A DNA stretch of 63,715 bases, the filler included, from Octopus bimaculoides (Eukaryota): assembly GCF_001194135.2 (NCBI RefSeq). It is 8 parts of 8 records of this genome, joined end to end, with 100 filler letters (N's around TTAATTAATTAA, not from the genome) between each part and the next. Parts side by side here need not be neighbours in the genome. Positions count along the whole stretch, not along the records: positions 7,786 to 26,773 come from NC_069006.1; 7 more parts are not named here. One strand, 5' to 3'. The position numbers were made by a program, and so were the translations under genes. The notes beneath the pieces are model-generated. The model was not told the origin of the DNA. It saw nothing but the letters and a program-made list of their open reading frames with translations, and ran no database searches. Shown in pieces: positions 11,788 to 23,317 of this stretch (position 1 is the first letter of the stretch; every line of letters begins with the position of its first letter).

Positions 11788-12248
11788 ATGACAGCAATAG
11801 CCGAGTTTCAGAAACCCGATACGTTAATTATAACGACCAACGGAGGCAGAAGTACTGTTCGACGTGCTGCCATAGTGGCAACATCGGCCACGAATGGTGT
11901 CGCGCAACACAGACCAGCGACATCTGTGATCACTGTGAAACCCATAGTGAAAACAGCCCCAAACGTTTGTAAAATTCAGTCGAACGTGACCGGCCTATTC
12001 ACCACCAGTCTGCTATCGCCTAAGCAACAGCAAACACAACAGCAACAAGTGCAATCACAAACAAGACTGCAACAGCAGACGGAGAAGAATATCGTCCTGG
12101 GTTCACATAGCGAAAATATGAACGTATTCCGATTAACATCTACCGCTGTTGCAGACGATGAAGACGCCAGTTCGATCGGCAGTGACGGAGCACCTCGTAA
12201 AAGACGAAGGCTAACACATCTGAGTCCCGAAGAGAAGATACAACGGAG
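11788..12248 (+). CDS. XBP1: XBP1 coding exon 1 (N-terminal region to start of basic region; ends phase 2)
   Basis: ATG at 11788 (aaagATGa). Encodes ...GAPRKRRRLTHLSPEEKIQR(R), the XBP1/HAC1 pre-basic motif. Donor AG|GTAAAA at 12249. Joins in frame to exon 2 (AG+G = Arg). Confidence 0.93.
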
Positions 12249-12305
12249 GTAAAAATTAATCTTTCACGTCTTGGCTTTTATTAATTTTTAAGGGATGATG
12301 CAATC

Positions 12306-12363
<58 letters not shown>

Positions 12364-14033
12364 GTATATATATATATATATATATGAAAGAAATTGTATA
12401 GTGCTGAAGTGCACTATCTATCTATCTATCTATCATCTGTCGATCGATCGATCATTAGACTTGTGTGATATGTGGTTTATTGATTACGACATATAACCAG
12501 TAACTCCATATGTCCTGTTATATTTCAAAAGGATCCATATGTGACGAGCAAATGCCTTAATTATTCTGGTGATCCTTCCATTCCGCTCACATATAAATAA
12601 TATGTGGGTGTATACATGCACGCACACACACACACACACACACATATGAGGGTGAAAATCTGAGCGAAAGCTATTCCTAGAAGGCCTAGCTAGTGGAATA
12701 GGCATTTACGCTGTTTAAGTTCCTGTTTCATTCTCCAAAGAGGAACATCTGATCTTGTGTGTGCGTGTGTGCGTCGCAGGGAAGACTTGTCTCTATTTCA
12801 CCATTTAAACAGGAACAATACAATCTTGTTTGTGTGACGAAGGAGAGACATTATTTTCTTGACACGTTGAAAGCCTTGATTGTTCTTATATAGCCACATT
12901 AACTATTTCAAGGACGACCACCTTCCTCTCTTAGATTTATAAAATTACTTGGTCCACTTCCCACGGTTAAAAGAAAGTATTTATTTGGGTGTAGCTATGT
13001 TACATGTTTGGAATCATCATCATCATTTTCGTTATCATACAATATGTTGTTAGAAAATATTAACCATATCGGTAATTAAGTTAAGAAATTATTTAATCCT
13101 GTATCAACGAAATATTTTATTTATTCCCTTGTCTATACTTATGATATTACTACCGTATTATAGAAAAATTCACCTTTTTATTTCATCTTAAACCTGTCGT
13201 CACCAAATGATTTTTAAAATATGATTAATCACCATTGATCGTTACATTTTACTAATGTGAACTAATGTACCTACATACATACACAAATATTAAAATTGAT
13301 TTATTAATCAGTGGATGAACTATTTAATCTTTAGTCCCTAGTCTTCTTCATAGCCAAGTCATCCCCCTACACGAACCACGAACGTCTCGCCTTGTGTCTT
13401 TATTCACGATGCTATTTACTGTATTATAGTAAGATTGACCTTCTTTTTACTCCATCTAAAACCTATCGTCCACAAATATGGTTTTAAATTAGAGTAATCG
13501 CCATTGATCGTTACATTTTAGCAGAGTGAACTAACTAATTGAGGGTGAATCATGAAATATGCCAAGAATCTTTTGCCTGATGTTGCTCCACGCCCCCAGC
13601 TGTTCAACATCGTGGGCCTTTTATTTATGCAGAGCTGTTTAGTTATAAAATGGTGGAGACTGCTGTTTTTGACGCAGCTGAACAGATGTTACTTCCTGAT
13701 CGTGTACGATATTAGGAAATGGGTTACTCACACAAACCACATACGTACACTCCCCTACATGCGTGTGAACACTCACATTGTATACGTATAATATGTCACC
13801 AGTTAAATGGTGGTACAAGACACATACATAAACTTGTATGTATGTATGTATTATTCGAAGTATAAATATATTGATTATTATACACGTATTCGGAGAATAC
13901 ACACGCACACACACACTTGTTCATGCGCCGACACATGTTTGCATGTAGATCACGGATTTGATGATCGCTCCAAGCTGAGATTTTGAATTTCAGCCGTTGT
14001 TTGAAACGGATATGGAATAGCCAGAGAGAAAAC

Positions 14034-14106
<73 letters not shown>

Positions 14107-14160
14107 ACACACACATCTATCTATCTACAAATTTACGCGTCTCTATCTCTCTCTATATAC

Positions 14161-14196
<36 letters not shown>

Positions 14197-16063
14197 NNNN
14201 NNNNNNNNNNNNNNNNNNNNNNNNNNNNNNNNNNNNNNNNNNNNNNNNNNNNNNNNNNNNNNNNNNNNNNNNNNNNNNNNNNNNNNNNNNNNNNNNNNNN
14301 NNNNNNNNNNNNNNNNNNNNNNNNNNNNNNNNNNNNNNNNNNNNNNNNNNNNNNAACAGTAGCAGCACGGAATCGTGAAGTATATTTTCCACCTAAATGT
14401 GGCGAACCCATAAAGAAGCCCCAGGAAGACATCTCCTCCAGCTGGCTAACGACACACTGTCTGTGTCGTTATTGAATTCGGGACACACCCACTGGGGTAG
14501 GTATGCCGGTACATGCTTACGGAGCTAACCTATCCGGTTACTACTACAGTATAGTGTCACTATAATGATGATGCTCGCTGCTGGGTTAGTTGGTGTGAAA
14601 TGCTGTCGTGTTGGTGTCTTAGTCAAGTCGCTTTATTAGCACCGATATAGTACAAACTTACACCAAGCACAACGACCGACACCGCCATCATGAACCTCCG
14701 CCGCCTTCATCACAACTATTACTATCCCCCTCTCACCACCATCACCGTCACGACTACTAGTCCCCACCATCGCCACCAGAACCATCACTGCTATTCCATG
14801 CACTACCACCATTTCTACTATCCCCACCGTCATCTCTACTTCTGCTATTCCTTGCCACCACCGCTTCTATCTCCCCCACCATCACCAGCATCACCATTTG
14901 TATTATCCCTACGACTGCTGTCACTACTTCTACTATCCCCACCACCACCACCACCACTACAACATTTTAGCAGTCTGGCAATATTCCCGTTTCATACATT
15001 GTACCAGGCACGAACGAACGAACTAATTAGGGAACTTTGACGTGGTCGTTTGTCTTGCTAGAAATAGTAACCAAATCTTCAAATCACGTTATTTCTATCT
15101 TTTAAATAACAAATGGGTAAATTGGGATCTGTCCTGGAAATAATATACCTGGGGGAAAAATAAAATAATAATAATAAAGTGGTTGACTGGAATGTCTGAA
15201 CTGAAACTAAAAGCATTTTAGAACAGCAAAATTTCCAGACCAACCTGACAGACAGGACTGCACGTTTTACAACAGACGATTAGGAAAGCAAACGGCAGCT
15301 TTGAAACAATTAACCAACATTCTTAACACACACACACACTCTCTCTCTCTTTTTCTCAATCATTCACCCCCCCCCTTTCTCACTCAATCCCCTTCTTTCT
15401 CTATCTCTCTCTCTCACACGTTTCATATTCTCCATTCTGTAAAACCTGTTCACAAGAGACGGTTACATATATATATAGCTATCTTATATCAGGTGCCCTC
15501 ACAGTGTCTCCTATTTTTCATTACTTCATTGAATTTTTTTTTATGAGAATTTTTTAGAGCTGGTGTAATAAGTGCTTGTACAACGAGTTATATAAACCCA
15601 CGCTACCGTGGAAAACGGATGTTAAATGATCTATCTATCTATTCATCTATCTATCTATTCATCTATCTATCTATTCATCTATCTATCTATTCATCTATCT
15701 ATCTATTCATCTATCTATATGTGTGTGTGTGTAATGGTTGTTATATATTTTTCTTTGTAGTTTAATTTGAGCTACAGCTGTTTCCAATAGCCATAGTTTC
15801 GTTGTTTGATAGGTTTATTCAATCGACCCATTTGATCGGTTGGAAAAAATTGAACGACATTAGAACAATTAATGCTACTTTCGTCAGAGCCACTTCTGGT
15901 TATAACAAAGCAAGAATGGTGACGAACTATAAACCTCGGGGACCTTGCCACAAAAATACGTGGGGTTCTTCAGCTAATCTAAACAAAATTGTTAGGCTGC
16001 TGTACTAACAGAAAGTTTATTCGGTATTTTGCCCTGATTGATAAACCCTCACTAATAACTCTT

Positions 16064-16108
<45 letters not shown>

Positions 16109-16804
16109 NNNNNNNNNNNNNNNNNNNNNNNNNNNNNNNNNNNNNNNNNNNNNNNNNNNNNNNNNNNNNNNNNNNNNNNNNNNNNNNNNNNNNNNNNNNN
16201 NNNNNNNNNNNNNNNNNNNNNNNNNNNNNNNNNNNNNNNNNNNNNNNNNNNNNNNNNNNNNNNNNNNNNNNNNNNNNNNNNNNNNNNNNNNNNNNNNNNN
16301 NNNNNNNNNNNNNNNNNNNNNNNNNNNNNNNNNNNNNNNNCCATATGGCATTTATACTCACCCCTCCCCCTTTTTGTTTTTACTTCATATCGATCCAGCT
16401 TTGGCCTCTTCACATACGTGTGTTTGTGTGCGATAAGCCTTTCGAGAAATTCATAAGATCGAGTAGTAAACAACTTATCCAGTTTTATTAACCCACGCAC
16501 ACACATAACGTAGGCTTGGCTAGATTGTCGTATATATTTGTGTGAAAATCATTGCCTGACTACGCTCATTTTAATGTATATAATATATATTAAGAAAGAA
16601 TGCCATATAGGCAGGCATTGCACACCATTAAAACAGCTGGGAAAGAGTGACAGATAAAATATCTATATCGAAAGAATGCCATATATATATATATATATAT
16701 GGATTATTGTAATATAATGTAATATAAAGTTGAAGCAAATTAACACCAAATATACAGTGCGTGTGTTTTTATTGGCTAAACTGGCAATATGACCATCCCC
16801 AAGT

Positions 16805-16847
<43 letters not shown>

Positions 16848-17654
16848 NNNNNNNNNNNNNNNNNNNNNNNNNNNNNNNNNNNNNNNNNNNNNNNNNNNNN
16901 NNNNNNNNNNNNNNNNNNNNNNNNNNNNNNNNNNNNNNNNNNNNNNNNNNNNNNNNNNNNNNNNNNNNNNNNNNNNNNNNNNNNNNNNNNNNNNNNNNNN
17001 NNNNNNNNNNNNNNNNNNNNNNNNNNNNNNNNNNNNNNNNNNNNNNNNNNNNNNNNNNNNNNNNNNNNNNNNNNNNNNNNNNNNNNNNNNNNNNNNNNNN
17101 NNNNNNNNNNNNNNNNNNNNNNNNNNNNNNNNNNNNNNNNNNNNNNNNNNNNNNNNNNNNNNNNNNNNNNNNNNNNNNNNNNNNNNNNNNNNNNNNNNNN
17201 NNNNNNNNNNNNNNNNNNNNNNNNNNNNNNNNNNNNNNNNNNNNNNNNNNNNNNNNNNNNNNNNNNNNNNNNNNNNNNNNNNNNNNNNNNNNNNNNNNNN
17301 NNNNNNNNNNNNNNNNNNNNNNNNNNNNNNNNNNNNNNNNNNNNNNNNNNNNNNNNNNNNNNNNNNNNNNNNNNNNNNNNNNNNNNNNNNNNNNNNNNNN
17401 NNNNNNNNNNNNNNNNNNNNNNNNNNNNNNNNNNNNNNNNNNNNNNNNNNNNNNNNNNNNNNNNNNNNNNNNNNNNNNNNNNNNNNNNNNNNNNNNNNNN
17501 NNNNNNNNNNNNNNNNNNNNNNNNNNNNNNNNNNNNNNNCACGTTGGGATAGTGTGGTTCGTAGCAGCTCATCTTGCCGTGGAATGTCAACGGTCACAGA
17601 TGATTCGCTGACAATGCCACTGCCGATTATCGTGTGCAGATGTAGTCTAGGTTT

Positions 17655-17812
17655 GACATCATCATCATCGTCATCATTTAACGTCTGTTGTCAATGCTGG
17701 CATGGGTCGGTCGGTTTGACCAGAGCTGGCAAGCTGGGGGGCTGCACCAGACTCCTGTCTGATTTGGCATGGTTTCTACGACTGGATGCCCTTCCCTAGC
17801 GCCAACCATTTT
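17655..17812 (-). mobile_element. RTE-like LINE/SINE 3' end with (GAT)n tail
   Basis: catcatcat...tttaacgtc...catgctggcatggg motif, also at 19218-19400, 24008-24100 and 5960-6130. Confidence 0.55.
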
Positions 17813-18416
17813 ATAGTAGCTTCATCGAAGCCTCTAATATGAAGCTATGGAATGTTATTCGGGCACTCGACAAATGAGTTCACTGCATCTTATAGCTGAA
17901 AAAATCTGAAATCAATATGGAAGACAATACGATCCCTTTGCTCTCTATATTAACGACTGTTTTATCCCAGAATGCGTGTTGGAAGATGTTTAAGCTGTAC
18001 GCAAATAAACATACGTAAGGAAAGGTCGATGATCTAGAATCTAGGTCATCTCCATGAGATCTGTGTGAACAAGTCTTTGTTGACCAAGAGGGGCAGAATT
18101 GTATGCACTTATCAAGCATATACTGGTTTTCGCAGCTGATCAAAGTAGTTTCTTCCCGTCTCTCTTGAGTTTTCTCTCTTTCTCATCTTTTTCTTCCCAC
18201 CTGTCTCTTCTCGTTTTCTCTCACGCAACCTTCTTCTTTCTCTCTCACCTGTTTTCTCTCGATTTCTCTCTCTCTTCCTCCCATATTTTCTTTTACCCTT
18301 TCCTCCTACGTCTCCCTCTCTCTTCCATGCTTCATTTTTCTTTCTTTCTCTTAATCCTCTCTCAAATTCTATTTCTGTCGCACATTTTTCTTCTTCACTT
18401 GCCCTTTCTTTTTACT

Positions 18417-18454
<38 letters not shown>

Positions 18455-19066
18455 CCTTTCTTCTTCTCTCTTTCTTCCTTCATTTTGTCTTTCTTTTTCT
18501 CATTTCTATCCTTTCTATTACACATACATTCTTTTAACTCTCCCTCCCACTGCTTGCCTCTCATACACACTCTCTCTCACCATCATACACACACTCTCCC
18601 ACCACCCCTCTAAACCTCACTCCAGTACTCTCTTTCACCCTCTCTTTATCACATGCACTCAAACGCACTTTTCCTGTCTCTCACCTTCACCCCCAACACT
18701 CTCTCCCTCCTATTCAAAACAGAAACCTCAAGTAACTTGCTAAATTTAACTCACTCAAAACAAACTAGATCACCCAGCGGATAAAAACCACTATCGATTG
18801 GTCTTCTTCCCCAGTTATCTTCTTTATTATTTCAACCTGATAAAAATAATAAACATAGGTCTATACTTTGGTCAGTTAAGACAGCCAGGCTATTTATTCC
18901 ACCCTTTTACCAGTGATCTGTTCGTTTTTTATTCAGTGTGTCTGTGTGTATCTCCTGACTAATGTCAACTTTTGTGATGATTGGTTCAATGAGTTATAGG
19001 TAACTTGAGGTTCTAATGCACTTTGGCATCTTGTATATGTAATTGTGTTCTTGTGTGTGTGTATGT

Positions 19067-19104
<38 letters not shown>

Positions 19105-19654
19105 TGACCAGCGTCAACTTTCGTGATGGTTGGTTCAAACAATTACGATAGGTAACATGAGAAGGTTTGGTACTAATGCACTTTGGCATCTTGTGTATAT
19201 TCGTGATAATAATTACCATCATCGTTTAACATCCGTTTTCCATGCTGGCATGGGTTGGATGGCTTGAAAGAAACTGGTAAGGTCAGGCGGCCACATCAGG
19301 TTCCATAGTCTGTTTTTGCCTTGGTTTCTATGGCTGGATGTCCTTCTTAATGCCAACTACTTTACAGAGTGTACTGGGTGCTTTTTACATAGTACCATCA
19401 CCAGTGCTTTTACGTGTGTGTATGCATAGACATACACAAACACACATACATAGATATACACATATGGAAAAAATTATGTGGGTTCCAAATTCTTTAATTA
19501 AAATGGAATCAAAACTATCCACTTATAAGAGTTAAATATCTGGCATTTGCCAATGAAACACTGAGGTCATCCTGGCCCCCAAAATTGCTGCCCTTGTGGA
19601 AAAATGTGAAACTATTGTTATTATATTTTAAATATTAATATTATTATCTTTTAG

Positions 19655-20152
19655 GAAATTAAAGAACAGAGTTGCAGCCCAAACAGCCCGCGATCGGAAG
19701 AAAGCACAAATGTCTGACATGGAAATAGCCATTGATAAACTACAGAATGAAAACAAAAAATTGCTTCAACAGAACCTGATGCTACAGAAAAAGACTGACA
19801 CACTGGTCTGCGAAAACGCTGAGCTCCGCGAGAGACTGGGCCAGTTAGAGAACGGAGAATGCAACCACTTGTCCACAACAACAACTACAACCACATCGTC
19901 AGGAACAACATCCACATCATCACCATTATCATCATCATCATCATCATCGTTATCATCCAGCACATGTAACTACAACAACAACAACAGCATTGCTAACAGT
20001 AGTCTCTGCAAGAGTGAAAGCTTATCGTCGCCGGTGAAAACAGAATCAAAATGCCTACGGTCCGCAGTACCAATTGTTTCTCTGCCGCAGAAACACATTT
20101 TGATGCTGTTTCACTTGATGATACGTTGCAGCTTTTTGGCAGTAATGATGAA
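19655..20152 (+). CDS. XBP1: XBP1 coding exon 2 (bZIP, T/S/N low-complexity linker, IRE1 splice region)
   Basis: Acceptor ttattatcttttag| at 19654. Reads RKLKNRVAAQTARDRKKAQMSDMEIAIDKLQNENKKLLQQNLMLQKKTDTLVCENAELRERLG, a typical XBP1 bZIP. Donor GTAAGT at 20153. Confidence 0.96.
20065..20084 (+). other. XBP1: Predicted IRE1-excised unconventional intron, 20 nt (CAGTACCAATTGTTTCTCTG)
   Basis: 5' hairpin GGT[CCG^CAGT]ACC and 3' hairpin TGTTTCT[CTG^CCGC]AGAAACA have 7-nt CNGNNGN loops. They are closed by a long stem (20041-20053 with 20096-20108). Removal shifts the frame into the long exon-3 ORF. Confidence 0.88.
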
Positions 20153-20199
20153 GTAAGTTTAATCTTTAATCTTTAATCTTTTGTCTTTTTAATCTTTAA

Positions 20200-20480
20200 A
20201 CCTTTAGCATTCAGATTACTCTGTCAAATGTAATGCTTATTCACATCATCACTATTTAATGTCCGTTAAACTGACCATGTCCAGCCTAGATATTCTGCCA
20301 GTTTGATGTTCAGAGAGGTCAGGTCTGGCCTCTCACACCTATCCTGCAGTGTCATTCTAAATATAAGCAATAACATAATGAAAATCTTCGCTACAAGATA
20401 ATGCATGATTAATTCAAAATAATGTGAATAAAGAATAAATAAGCATTACGTTTGAGTGAGTTATCCGAATGCGAAAATAA
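20200..20480 (+). mobile_element. piggyBac-like MITE in XBP1 intron 2 (related copy 20607-20760)
   Basis: About 40-bp imperfect TIRs (tttagcattcagattactctgtcaaatgtaatgcttatt), TTAA at the left end. The second copy starts TTAA|CCCATTAGCA. Confidence 0.55.
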
Positions 20481-20797
20481 GTTTTTGTCCAACTCCTGCC
20501 AGCATGGCGAAAAGAGACCTCAAAATGATGGCAAAAAAATGTTTTTTAGTGAGTTAAACACTTGATGTGAGTTGATATGTTTTCTAGGCTCCAAAGACTT
20601 GATTAACCCATTAGCAATCTAATTACTCTGTGAAATGTAAGGTCTCTTTATTTACATTGTCTTAGATTGATCATGCTTAGAGATTTTGATGCTGTGATTT
20701 TAGAGATTTTCGATTTCTGAAACAATCTATAATAACCTGATAATGATCTTATGGCTAAGTTTAATTGTTTTTTTTTTTGTTTTTTTTTTTTCTCCAG

Positions 20798-20978
20798 CCT
20801 AGCAAATGGTGGAAATTTCTGGATGAAGTCTGCAATTCAGAATCTAAAAACCCAATCTCTTCACAGTCAGTTACAGATTCTTCGTGTCTTGGAGCTGCTG
20901 AGCTTCTCGCAAAAGAGAATTCCAATTCCATGGTGGGGACCGCAACAACACAACTGGACTCCCTCGATGAACTTATAA
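20798..20978 (+). CDS. XBP1: XBP1 exon 3, unspliced (XBP1u) frame: C-terminus with arrest-peptide-like motif
   Basis: AA+C = Asn join. Ends ...IPWWGPQQHNWTPSMNL*, resembling human XBP1u WGRHQPSWKPLMN*. Total 380 codons. Confidence 0.85.
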
Positions 20979-21634
20979 AATCTGACCATGTCTATGTCAA
21001 GCCTTCCCCATCTCCGTCTCCAGCTTCTGACAGTGGACCAAAGTCCCTGATGGAAGTTTGTGATATCTTGCCATGTGATGCTGCTGATGAAGGCGTGTTT
21101 GTAGACGAGGAAGCAATAGTGTCAGCAGTCAGCTCCACTGTAATTGTTCCTGACATTTCTAACATTGCCACTCAAGAATATGACGATATCAAAGACAACG
21201 ATGCCATCACTGACAACAGCAGCAGCAACATCGATGATGATAGTTATGATTTTGACCCTCTGGCCTTACTGCAAGATATCCTGCAAGAGTCGGTTGACAG
21301 CCAAGAAGGCAAAGAAACAAACGATATTCTACAACTGGCAGATTTAGAGCAGCTTGATACCTCTGATCTCGCTGAAGAAAACAACCCCATCTCCTCCCTC
21401 ATGCTCGATATGAAACTGAGGAAATCCTGTGACTCTACTGAAAGTGAAATGAAAATTCCCGTTGAAACAACTTATATGGATCAATTCAGTGACTCTGCCA
21501 GTGACTCTGGTATAAATAGTGAACCTAGCAATCCTGGGTCCCCTTACCAGGATCAGTTGACGACAATCCCTTTTAATGACATGGATCCAATGGATGACTG
21601 CATGTTGCCAGAGATATTTCCTTGTCTCGTTTGA
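20798..21634 (+). CDS. XBP1: XBP1 exon 3, spliced (XBP1s) frame: acidic transactivation region
   Basis: Acceptor (t)n-ctccag| at 20797. Phase-0 join after GAA in the IRE1-spliced frame. Contains LDELIKSDHVYVKP and terminal EIFPCLV*, matching XBP1s motifs ELIRFDHxYxKP and ELFPQL. Total 592 codons. Confidence 0.92.
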   Translation, partial: PSKWWKFLDEVCNSESKNPISSQSVTDSSCLGAAELLAKENSNSMVGTATTQLDSLDELIKSDHVYVKPSPSPSPASDSGPKSLMEVCDILPCDAADEGVFVDEEAIVSAVSSTVIVPDISNIATQEYDDIKDNDAITDNSSSNIDDDSYDFDPLALLQDILQESVDSQEGKETNDILQLADLEQLDTSDLAEENNPISSLMLDMKLRKSCDSTESEMKIPVETTYMDQFSDSASDSGINSEPSNPGSPYQDQLTTIPFNDMDPMDDCMLPEIFPCLV

Positions 21635-22691
21635 GCAGTGATATCTCTTTCCCTCTCTTCCTTTTGATCGAGCCATTGCTTGTGAGTGGCTGGATTATTC
21701 TGACCGGTTCCCCTTTGAGCTTATGTTCTCCAAGAACTAAAGCTAAAGCAGAACTGAATGATATTAATTACTTAATCACATCTAGTGCTGATTAAGCTGT
21801 ACTAATAGCTTAGCCAACTGAGGCAGTCAGCTTATCTTTTGCTAACCACTTCTCTGTTAAGTTGTTAAGCATCGTCTAGATACTACTCTACACCAAGGAC
21901 TAAGGCTAAGCAAAGTTTTTACTGACCTAATCATATTTAGAACTATCTCGTATTCACAAAGCTGTATCGTAAATTATTGAAGCTTGGCCTTTCGATGCAG
22001 TCAACCTATCTCTTCATTTCCTAAGACTTGCAGCATCCTGGTGCATTGTTTGGAATGAGACGAGTCTCTTATTTTACATAAAATGAGGGTGAAAGTGGTT
22101 CTCACTGTAGCCCCTATGCCTTCCAGCAGTCACCACCATCACTTCCACCATGTCGTTCTTGGTAGTTGAAGTAGTCAAGTAGTTAAAATATTAAGATAAA
22201 AATCTCAAAAACTTGTCTGACATCAATGATTTCTACAATTTAGATATATCTTATGAGAGTAATTTCAAATTTTCTCACACTCACACAAAAAAGCAAATAT
22301 AATTTGACTTCTTTATAACCTCCTTTACATTTATTCATTTTCTTTTTCTATTATTTCTTTTTGCCTCTTACACCTTCTCTAATCACTATCATTGAAAGCT
22401 TACATTTAATACTTAGGTTAAAAAATTAAACTTAGCATATCACTACAGCCATATCAATGCCCATATATCAAAATATTTATACATACATATATATATAATC
22501 ATAAATATATAGGGATTGACAGTAACCTGCTTCTCCAACATACTGAGAATTCAGAAATAGCAGTCAAAGAACTACTGATTTCAAAACTACAAATTATTAC
22601 TCCAGATTGATAGCGATATTTTTGATACACACAGAACAAAAAACAGTAGAGAAGAGTAAAAAAACCACCTGCCTTTAGTTACCTGCATATC

Positions 22692-22753
<62 letters not shown>

Positions 22754-23132
22754 TATGTATATATTTGTCTCTTTAGTTCAAGATGGAGTCCGTTCACCTT
22801 TCATCTTACATTCCTTGACATTAGCGGTACTGTTTATGTTTCTATTTTTACTTTTTCTAGTTACTTGAGGCAGATTGGTAGAATCCATAGAGTGGCCCTG
22901 ACAAAATGCTTTGCAGTATTTAGTTATGTCTCTAGTTATGTTCTGAGTTCCAGTCCTGTCCATGGTCAATAGAATAAGATACTCAACTCCTTGGGAACTG
23001 ATACAATCAGATTCTCCTTTCATTACCCCCTCCACCCTTCTCCTATCTCTAGACTTGTGCAAAAAGTAGAAATTACTTCACAGCAAAAATAGCATACAGT
23101 TTCATGAGCTTATATCATATATATATATAGAT

Positions 23133-23317
23133 CAGAGCTCTGCAGCTGTTATGTTTAACATACTGGTGTGTCATGATACGATGCTAGGAGTGCCGTAGTG
23201 TAACCTGAATATAATTTTTTCTCCTATACATTTAGTTATATTTTTAGTTCAGGTGTGCCACCGAATTTTGAAAAGAATATATATGTACCGCAAGTGAAAA
23301 AAGGTTCCGGAACACTG
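23133..23317 (+). mobile_element. hAT-type MITE, 185 bp
   Basis: CAG...CTG termini with imperfect TIR and a perfect 8-bp TSD ATATAGAT (23125-23132, 23318-23325). Confidence 0.8.

Noticed and set aside
18140-18720. 214-aa F/L/S-rich ORF resembling a membrane protein
   Set aside because: Translation of a CT-rich polypyrimidine low-complexity tract in XBP1 intron 1.
19710-20156. ORFs 11737-12252, 19710-20156, 20751-20978 and 20765-21634 as separate genes
   Set aside because: All are exons or alternative frames of the single XBP1 gene.
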